Below are positions 54,036 to 64,000 of a stretch of 64,000 nt of DNA, piece after piece. The notes below the pieces were generated by a model. That model worked only from the letters and a program-made list of their open reading frames with translations. It was not told the DNA's origin and searched no databases. Source of the stretch: Antedon mediterranea (Eukaryota > Animalia > Echinodermata); the NCBI RefSeq assembly GCF_964355755.1, contig NC_092675.1, positions 17,952,912 through 18,016,911 of the forward strand. Direction: 5' to 3'. Positions within the stretch are counted from its first letter, which is position 1; each line of letters starts with the position of its first letter. The position numbers and the translations under genes are program-made.

Positions 54036-57000
54036 TCAAATCCGGCCAAATCCATGAGCATACTCCAAGGCAATCATCAACTTCTGCCTCAACTTTTCTT
54101 TGCTTTCATAAATTGGTAAATTAAAGTAATTATAACAAGTTTGAGCAGATGGTAAGAAGTCTGTACTTCCAAATACTGATTGGAATATCACCTTCAACTG
54201 AGACATTCCTTGCACTGGGATCCGATCACTACCTGTCAAGAATTCTGAAAGTATATATAATAAAGATAAACATAAATACAATACAATTGATGCAACTGAT
54301 ATAATTAATTTTGTTATTGGTAAATTCACTAGAAATCGTAACTTCAATAATAAGGCCAATAAATCTTTGAATTTATCACACTGTACTTGCCTAGGAATTT
54401 CTTCCTTTCTTCTTCTGTGAGTTCATGATGAAAAACTTCCCAAAAATACTTGATAGTTTTATGCTCTTTGTTATAAATGCCTCTGTATTCCACCAACTGT
54501 AAAGAAAGAGTATAAGGCTAGCATTTTGTAAAATGAACAGAATTGTGGAAGCATTCAGTAGTATCAAAATAAAAAACCACATCTATTTTAAAGTTAATAT
54601 ACAGTCCAACTTCAGATCTGATTATACCACACATGGCTCATAGTTTTAACAGAAGACTACAGAGAATTAATTACTGACAATTTATAACAATGTGTTAGTT
54701 TAACTAATTAAAACAAAAGAGTAAGATGAAAACAAGTTGTATATTGGATCTCCAGCCTTCCTACAAGCGGGCCTACAAGATACAGAAATCAAATGCCTGA
54801 GTAATTAGTAAAACCAAAAATGTTGACTGTACATACACTTTCAAATTCTTCCCAATCATAGATTTCATTGCCAACAACCAATGACATAAGTTCTTCTGGA
54901 TGAAACATCTGTAGTATTGGTCCTCCACAGACCTGATGGAACCCCTCTGCAAAAGCACTATACTGCTCTTTTATCGACTCGTTAAACATGCAATTAATAT
55001 ACAGGTCTACAAACTCCTGCCTAAAATATAAATCAGACATCATTTGGTGAATTGAGAGAATGTAAGGAACTCTTTTAAAAATATTCTGCTGCAGTTACTG
55101 CAGTAACTACATTGTGTTTACTCTATTTTGGGAAGCATGCACATTGTGTATTACTGACTCAGAAACTTCTACATTAAAACAACTAAAGTCATACAGTATG
55201 TTTCAGTTTTAAAAAAGTAGTTACTGCAGTAAACTACAGTAGACTAATTTTGACATGATCTCTATATTGATATAATACAATATGTTAATTATTGGTGCAT
55301 TATCAGAATATTATGTTCAAATGCTTGGAATGTACATTTTCATAAAATAATTTACTTTAATGATCATCTCGCATTTGTATCTTTCTTTTGTGATGTTATA
55401 TAGTCAGTATTTGTTTAAACCCAGCTTATGATCTTGACTAGGGGTTTGTTTCTGCTGCATAGCGCCGAATAACCGTTTATTTCAATATAGATTTCAAATA
55501 TCCATCAGCTGCATTTCTGCTCAATTTTTGCTCCTAAATAACCATTTAAATCAGTGGGTTGTTCATGAAAATCGTTACCATTACTCAAAATGCAATAGGC
55601 TCTGCGGTCAATTCAAACGCTAATGGACTGTAGTTGACTCAAGGTCAGTGGTTGTCAATCAAATAACCGTTATTTTGTATTGCAGCTAAAAGTTGCACAG
55701 CAATAACCGGTTAAATGGCGTTCTAACACAGAATCGATTGGGTGTTTTTAACCATTATTTTCAGGCTGCCATTTAACTGATTACTGCAAATCTTTCCTGT
55801 TTCTGCTGCCAAGAAATTGGGGTTAACTTATTCACACGTACATTCACACCGGTTATTTTTATGCAGCAGAAACAGGACCTAGATGATTTCTTGTATATGT
55901 TGTTCTGCATGGCAAATTTTAAGCTATGTTATGTGTTGGACCAATTGAATTTAATGTTTTGATAAAGTACTAATTATTAGACTAACTTATTGTCATAAGT
56001 GACAGGAATGTCCTTTCCTCCTTCCTTCAGGTCAATGATATCTGTGTGAAACTCTGATGAAAATTGGAAAGGGTAGTCAAACACATCTTGAAGATCGTAA
56101 TCATCATAATCCAAGATAGTTTTCAAGGAGGAAGACATTGTTGGATCCAATTGGCTCACGTCTGATAGAAACATGGGTCTGGAGAAAAATAATAACCATA
56201 ATGTTTGTTATAATATAATGAATCATCATTTCTGACCAAGCTTGACATTCAATAAGCTCACTCTGATTTTGGCCATGTAGTTATAGAAGGTTAACACTAT
56301 TATAGGTTTGTAACAGCTTTTACTCCATGCATGGTAACAGACAACATTTTCAAAATGTTTACAAAAAGCTGAACATGCATTAGCACCATTAAATATCATT
56401 GTTTAGTAGAATTAATACTGAATGACACATGATACAAAATCAACCAATCAAATGGCAAGGATACTATTATAAAATAAAATAATATAATACATGATCACTT
56501 ACTTATTGAGAAGTTTCTTGTAGAGTGCCAAAGGGAATGGAAGTTCCACAATAACTTGGTTGTAGATTGCTAATCCACACAGTATTCCAACCATTTCAAA
56601 CATTGACTTGTCTTCATACTGATAAAGAAAATACAAACAATTTATATTATTAGAAAGTACTAACCTTTTGTGTCTTTCTATAAAAACACCATGTGCTATT
56701 ATTATTTTGCAGAGAAATATTTGAAGTTACCTGTATACATACTACTTTTTAATAGCATGAAAGTATGTAGCATTACTTGTGAAAGATTTTATTGTACATT
56801 TTAACACAAGAAACAAATGTTTTCAGTGTGGAATATTTGTATAGACCTATTTTATTAGTGTTATCATTATCTTATAAGCTTTACCTGTGCATTGAACCAA
56901 ATCCTTTCTGTGGCGCTTAATACCTTAAACATCCCAAATTTCGGATCAAGGATTTCTTTGAAAATCAGCAGAAAGAACTCCTAAAAGTTGAATAACAGAT

Positions 57001-60000
57001 ATGAACGACTATCTAATCTTGAGATGACCATTTTCAAGGTAAGTACTGACAAAAAATAACTTCTTAATGAAATCAAATGTTCAAAAATCTACAAATTTTT
57101 CACAATAGATCAATGAAGTTGTACATAATGTATTTTAAAGATTTACTTACACAGAGGTAAGGTCATATTAGAACTTACAACATTTAAGTAATTTCTAGCA
57201 CAGTTCCATTTTATAGGACTGATGACATGAATAATCTATTAGCCTACCTATTCATCTCAAAAACAAAGAATTTAACTAAATAATAACACAGATATAAATA
57301 AAATTATATTAAGTAAATCAATACGTAAATCTATCAAAATAGTATTTTTGAAAAAAAATCGGGCCTGTCTTCAACATTATGAATCTGTACTCAATCTGTT
57401 CAACCGGTTTCAGCTATTAAAAAACACTTATCATAGGATGAGATAGGTAAATGCAAAGCATCCTCGTATTATTGTGTGTGGGTATTTTTCAAGATGGACA
57501 TCCATTAGACAGTGTATACCACGATCGGAACACCCCTATTTGGGGAAAATCGTTGAACCTAAATTCGTTTTAATTGTCAATAACTATTATCTAACTCAAT
57601 TTAATTATTAAACAGAGTTAAATCAAGTGGTTAAAATCAGTACCGAACGTATGAACCAACTTTATATACCATGGAGTAAACATTCTAGAAGTAACACATG
57701 ATTTACCGAATTTTGCCCTTACACGTAAATTTATATATAGATTGACACACTACCTTACAAGGTCCACCATCATCAATTCCTGGTTCATCTTTAAACTGAA
57801 CCTTCAATGGTATCTTTAAGTCTTTTTTAGGTATTCTTCTTAGCTGTTTCAGAGCACTTTCAACAATGTTCTCTCTGTCAATTGTAATCTGCAAGACTCG
57901 TATGCTCTGAAATGCAGGATTCATACGCATGCTGAAGATCGGATTCAACATAAGCAGTTGAAACATTTGTAACTGCATTTCTTCAGTAATAGGCCTACTA
58001 GCAACCTGTAATCAAAGATTAAAATTGATAATTGTTAAAAAACATAAATGGAAATCTTAAATCACCTCGCATTGAGATCATGTTTTGTCCTATTCTATTC
58101 TTTTTGGCAGATAACAGATGGCTCATTGTACATGTGACTGTAAAATACCATTCATCTGCATTGCAGTGTATCAATAATCTTAAACTCCCCGCCACTTACT
58201 TTTATATATCAATGAAACAAGACATAGTGCAATACCAGAGGGAAAGTTTTTGTTACACTAGGATATTTTACAATAGAAATTTGTTTAAGTAATCTTATAC
58301 TACATCAAACATGTACTTCCATGCATAGGCATTTTACCTGTTTTTGTTTCAAATTGTCATTTATAATAGAAGTAATCTTCACATCATTCTCCAGAATAAA
58401 TGGATAATCAATCAAGTTTAAACGTGGTGTCTATAATTAAAAAGCAACTATTACAGAACAATTATAATTTAAGAAACAAGACTAATGTACATACAGTGAT
58501 AAATATGCATTATACAATCAAATTAAAATCAAATCAATATTTACTCAAATACAGAAGTAAATGCGAACATTTGCTTTATATACAAAGAAACACTATTGAC
58601 AAATAGCAAAACAAACAATATTTAAGAGTTAGGCCTAAATCGCAAAATTACTATATAGAAATCTTAAATTTAACTCTATATTATATAAACTATTGCTGTT
58701 ACAATTTAATAACTAACCAACTTGTTCCTATTCAACCACTGTACTAGATTTCTACTAGATTTCTAGACTTTGGAATATAGAATGCTGAATAAGGAACTAT
58801 ATCATCCATGTCTTCATTTATCTATAAAAAGATAAATACAGATGTTAGCTACTTTTTTCATGAAAGAAAAAGATAATAAATAATACACTCATACAAATAT
58901 AGTATTTTGTTCTGAATTGGTTAAATTGTGTATTTGTAGACTTTCTTCCAACCTGTAATGAGCAGTCTCTCATCAGTGTAAACTGATGTAACCAACCACT
59001 CAACTTGTGTACTTACTGAGTACACACATATCAATTTGGTTCCCTGTGGCAAAGAGGATCTATGGTTTATAATGTCTGCTGTGCTCAATCATGTCTTTCT
59101 ACTCTAGCTCTTCATTCAATCAATCTATTACTTTTACCTTAGAAAGTTTCTTGAGCATATCTAAGGCAATTTTTAATGTAGTTTCTTCGCTAAACCTCAA
59201 GGAATATATTTGCTTCATTATTAAATGTACGACCACATTTTTGAAAATTGTTATAAGATGCTGAAAGTTTGGAGGGGAGTAATTTCCAATCCAGGTATCT
59301 ACAAAAATAAACCAACAATATATTGTTAAAACAATGCCACAATTTCTCTTTTAAATTCTTAATTCTAATTATTATAAATTTTAATTCTTTCTATTTCAAA
59401 GTAAACAGAACACGATACTATAAAATTTATAAGTGTTTTTATTGAAACGTCAGACCTACATAACTTGATAGCATGAAAAATCTCATTTATTAACTTTTAG
59501 AATTGAGTAAATAGGCTAACACTAACAAATTGTATAGTGGAATCAATCATTTTTTTTAAATCTTAAAAATAGATTTAATAATATAGATGGGAATAACCCA
59601 TCTCTTAACAAACAAAATTCATCTGAATATTTAAATACTCACCTGTATAAAGGTATATATAACAAGAACGTCTAAGACCGGATTTAATATTATAAACATA
59701 AAATACATACCAATGACCTTTGACATTTTAGGTGAAAGATTGCACAATGCTTTAGCGACAGCCAAGATAGATTGAAGGTAAGATTCTGGGTACTGCATTG
59801 TGGGACATTCCAATAGAAGCAGGTAGACACGAAGTGCTTCAACATCAAGTGGTGATGTCAAAAGTGTTGGACACAGTTGATTGCTTATTGCATGATCAAT
59901 CTAGAAAGAAAGTTTCTGGAAATTATTTTGGACGGTTATAACCATAGAGTAATAATAAAACATGGACTCCATAACTAATTATAGCGCCACTTTTTAATTT

Positions 60001-63000
60001 TAACACAGTGATTAATGGACGATCCATGTTGTAACACTATGAGGGTGCTTTAACTACAAGTTAATATATTCAGTTACCACTTAATAACAAGTCAAATCAA
60101 CTATTAACAGTTGTAATCAGTTAAGAAAAAACACTTTGACATACATAAAGTATGATTAGAGATAGGGTCTTCAGTTCTGACCAAATTGAGGACTGTGAGT
60201 GAATGATTAGGACTATAGCTAATTACAATTCTTAAATATTATTGGACAAGACATATATTTTTTATTGCAAAACATTTTACAGATACTAGTCAAAAATAAA
60301 GTAAGTAACTTAAAAGGAAAAACTAACCTTTCTTAATATGTTTTGTTTTTCTGACACCGTTTTAAAGACATTCTTTGCTCTATCAAGATCAAGTCCAGGT
60401 CTATCTTCACTGCATAACCGATCACTACAAAATTGTAATAAAAGTTGTTACTTTTACATTACTATACAATCAACAATTATGGTGGTAACTAGAAATATAA
60501 AATGTATTCCTATACTTTGTGCTGTTTTCAAGGCCCTTGGCCCAGCTTTTCAGAGTGACAGCCCACTACATAGGCCTATATAGACTCAATAGCTACATCT
60601 TTGCATGGATGTCCGTATTATAAAAATGAAACCTATGATGGTAATATATGAATCAATATTACTTAGGCCTTCATTTGCAAAGCTACAAAAAGTAATGTAA
60701 TACTGTACACATTGAATGTTTGCAACATTAAACAAATGTACACATCTTCTTTAATATTTTAAGTTTTTTAGGTTCACAACAAATCATGTTCATACCTTGC
60801 AAAAGAACTATTCCAGCATTCTGTTGATGAGAATGATTTCTGAATAGTTAGAATTAGATCTTTTGGAATATCACTAGATCCTGGTAAGTCTTTGAATTGT
60901 TCTATTACATCTTCTAGATGGTAGATCATTTCAGGCGGCTTACTTTGTGACTGGAAAATAAAATAATACAGGTGATCAATATCATTATTCTAATGGAAAA
61001 ACAGTACAGAACAAGACAAATTTGGTTCCTTCTACCTACACATACAGTATATGTGAATGCTGATTGTGAAAAAATGAATCGACTATAATATAAATTGATT
61101 ATGTACAGAGTCAATTCTTTGTACTATCTTGGAATGTTCTGTGTAACAGTGTCACCTACATCTTTTTCACACAGCTGTATCAGGAATTGTTTTTAAGGTC
61201 AGATTAAGGATGAAACTGTATTTAGGAATCCCTCCTAATGTTACTATACTAATTTATATGACATTTGCCTATATACTGTACACTAGTAAATGAGACCAAA
61301 GAAAACTATAAACTCAACATTGTATAGCAAAGTGACTAGCAACACGTATTTGCGGTAAACACATACCACAGATGCATTTGTTACTAAATAGCAAGTATTG
61401 AGTCCACCACAATAAACAGTACTAATCACAACAGTATTAGACCAGTCAGTGGCATCAGTAATACAACTGGACAACGAATCATATACAAACATAGAGCTGT
61501 TATCATCATTGGACACCGCAGAGTGAGGATCATGCATTGATGTTGGACCAAATACATACAATTTATCCCCAGTCAATATCACAGAGTGTCGTCTGAAATT
61601 GTTAAAAAAGAAATATTCATGTCGATTTCATTTGCACTAATTCTATTTGAAATAGAAAACGATCTAGCGCCATCAGCCAAAACTCATATAAACTAAAATT
61701 CAGTGGTAAACACAAGTTTACCACAAGACTTGGTTCAATGAAAAAAGCTTTGTTTTAAACCACAAATTTAAACAAAATAAATGAAATCAAAGTTACCCTG
61801 TACAAAATATTTGTTTGTCCTCTTCTTTGTTTATCTCCACTATTTTTTCATTCCAAGTTTGATTCAAATCTCTGGCTAGTCTTACAACGTCCTCATTCTA
61901 AATAATAATAAAAGCATTAATGCTATAAATTTAACAGGAAGATGTATTATCAATCTTTGTATTATAATATTATCATAATTCATTCAAACTATACCATATC
62001 AACTTCAAAAAAATTAAAACAAAACATTATTTAGCAGTTATAAAATTTATTAATTGTACCTTAAAAAGAAACATTGAAAAGTTGTGTCCACAAGAAATGC
62101 TGGTAATTTGTGTCAGAAAATCCAATTTGTGTGGCACTGTGGAAGCTGAAACTAAGAAATATAATTTTGTAATAATAAAGGAACAAAGTGGTCCCTTGAA
62201 TTACAATTTTGTTATATAGTACAAGTCTAATTATTACTGTGTATCCAAACAGTTGAAAACAAACAAGAGAAATTGAACTCTGTTGTACTTACTCAAATTG
62301 TATTCATGGCGAAGCTCCTTGATTATGAATAAAACAGAAAAATGTATATTTAATTTAATACATTAAATTTGATCTCACATAATTTAATTATGAGAAAATG
62401 AATAAGCAAATAAAAAAATCAATAGATAAAAGTCAGAAACAAATATCAAGCTAATACAAACATGACATAAAGGCTGTGTTTCCGCAGCAAAAATAAAATT
62501 ATCAATCAACCAGATGCCCAATCATATCGCAACAATTTGTCTTCCAAAAGTTAGAAATGGTCGCTTTTATCCGATAATTATCTGGTTTGAATGACAGATA
62601 ATAATTGGTTAATTTTTATCAGCTAATTATCAGTTAATTTTTGGCTGCGGAACACGGCCAATGATGGTAAAATATCTGATTTTCTAGATTTATTTAGGAG
62701 TGAGTATGATTAATGGTATGTGAGTAAACATACATTAGCACCTAGAGGGTTAGGTGTGTGTCACTATTATGTAAAGCATTGAGTGAGTTGTGCAGGTGAT
62801 GTTTAGTAGGCCCTGTAGTAAATTGTACATTGAGTTAGTAACTCATGCAATTTGTTTTTATTGTGATAAGTATTTTTTTTGTTGTTTTTTTTAATCGTAT
62901 TTAATGAGGGTGATCCATCCAGCTATTGCTGATCATTAGGGACCCTCAGAGGTTCACAAGACAAACATATACACAAGATGCTCTACATAAACAAAGTCTT

Positions 63001-63982
63001 ATTACAAGTCTTTGGGAGTGGAGTAATTTGGTCCTTAGAAAAAATCCTGACATGTGACGGGACTTGAAGAACTCAGGACCCTTGGAGTGGTAGACAAGCA
63101 TCATAACCACCAAGCCACAACTCCACTCTTCTAACAAACCAAGTGCTTTGTGCTGAGCTGAACTCACTCAGAGTAGGATTGATTGGATACCTGGATGATA
63201 TGAATTTTTTTAATGTTAAATCTGCTGCCCATGTATTATGAACTCAATAAATTACCTGATAGACATGTATCATGTGTGTGATACCAAGCCAATGAGAACA
63301 AACAAGAAAAATAAATGATATACAATTATGGATTACCTCAAACGATATATTCTTATGTTCAGACATTGCTGATATAGCCTGTAAGCGTGTTTCTATCAAT
63401 TTTGACACACCACGCACTAAAACTGTATCTTTCTCTTTTTTTACAGCCTGAAGTTATAAAAAGGGAGTTTATATATGTGGTTGTTCGGCACAATGTTTTT
63501 AAATTATTATTTATAATTAGTATATCATATTATAGTCTATTTCTTTAATTTGTAGGTTCTTAACGTACCTCAAAAGCAGGGAGCATTGATTTCTTGTTAG
63601 TGGTATCAATGTAGGCTATGCAACCTATTATATATCAATATACAAAACAGCCTCTGAAAGATCTGTACAACTTATTTTTTGCAAATAATCAATTTAATGA
63701 TAATTACAATGCTAATAACAATTATTTTTACTTTAAATAATCAATGCAATAATTACTTACTTTTTTCATTATATTTACCAAGTTGATTAGAATTGTTGCA
63801 TCCCCAACCAAAAACATTGCCAGTGTATGTTAAGACAAGGGAGTGGTTGCCACCACATGATATTTGTTGGATAGGTAACCCAGCCAAGCAGGAGACATGT
63901 GTAGGGATGGCACAATGGTCTTGAATAGTTCTGTAGCCTAGCTGCCAGTAACTGTTATCACCCCATGTATATAGTTTACCAC
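54036..63982 (-). CDS. HERC4: Small HERC family E3 ligase, tandem paralog copy 2 (5' end outside the window; apparent frameshift, possibly a pseudogene or null allele)
   Basis: Exons homologous to copy 1: 63761-63982, 63569-63624, 63337-63447, 62293-62317, 62060-62151, 61797-61897, 61367-61592, 60796-60950, 60328-60424, 59711-59900, 59138-59298, 58718-58821 (in-frame TAG at 58744-58746), 58338-58430, 57754-58005, 56885-56980, 56503-56618, 55987-56178, 54837-55020, 54391-54496, 54036-54244. Confidence 0.85.
55442..55879. mobile_element. Harbinger-like MITE, 438 bp, present only in HERC copy 2
   Basis: TIR GGGTTTGTTTCTGCTGCAT / ATGCAGCAGAAACAGGACC; 3-bp TSD TAG; internal AATAACCG repeats. Confidence 0.8.
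62472..62659. mobile_element. Small Harbinger-like MITE, present only in HERC copy 2
   Basis: Inverted ends GGCTGTGTTTCCGCAGC / GCTGCGGAACACGGCC; absent at the homologous copy-1 position (~38350). Confidence 0.7.
62884..63128 (-). mobile_element. tRNA-derived SINE
   Basis: Minus-strand head with A box TGGCTTGGTGG and B-box-like GTTCTTCAAGTCC; A-rich tail at ~62884. Confidence 0.55.
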
Positions 63983-64000
63983 CTTTACAAAAAAAGTTAA

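Noticed and set aside
63045-63128. tRNA-like sequence
   Set aside because: A and B boxes are present, but the T arm is disrupted and it runs into a SINE body and A-rich tail.

Overview
AT-rich animal genomic DNA (spliced genes, many transposon remnants; probably an invertebrate, species not determinable from the sequence alone). Three minus-strand genes were reconstructed by hand. (1) ZCCHC24: 4 coding exons, 27696->9581, 266 aa. (2) A complete small-HERC (HERC3/4-like, RCC1-like domain + HECT) E3 ligase: 23 coding exons, 50670->30605, 1045 aa. (3) A tandem HERC paralog (>63982->54036) whose 5' end lies outside the window and which carries an apparent frameshifting 11-bp duplication. Introns hold a very young Mag-type Gypsy element (identical 121-bp LTRs, one in-frame TAA), Rex1/L2-like LINE pieces, Penelope-like remnants with hammerhead-ribozyme motifs, hAT, Harbinger and Kolobok MITEs, SINEs and minisatellites. 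The most notable observations: (a) pervasive TA-CAG/CTG-TA and TA-GGCC-TA motifs, which paralog comparison shows are insertions at TA sites (likely transposon excision footprints, one adding three codons to a HERC exon); (b) the HERC pair has patchwork divergence, a remodelled RCC1 domain and a paired NF-kB-like site at the putative promoter, suggesting an independently evolved immune HERC cluster; (c) the last codons plus stop of ZCCHC24 are amplified as a minisatellite in its own 3' UTR. All alignments and counts were done by eye.
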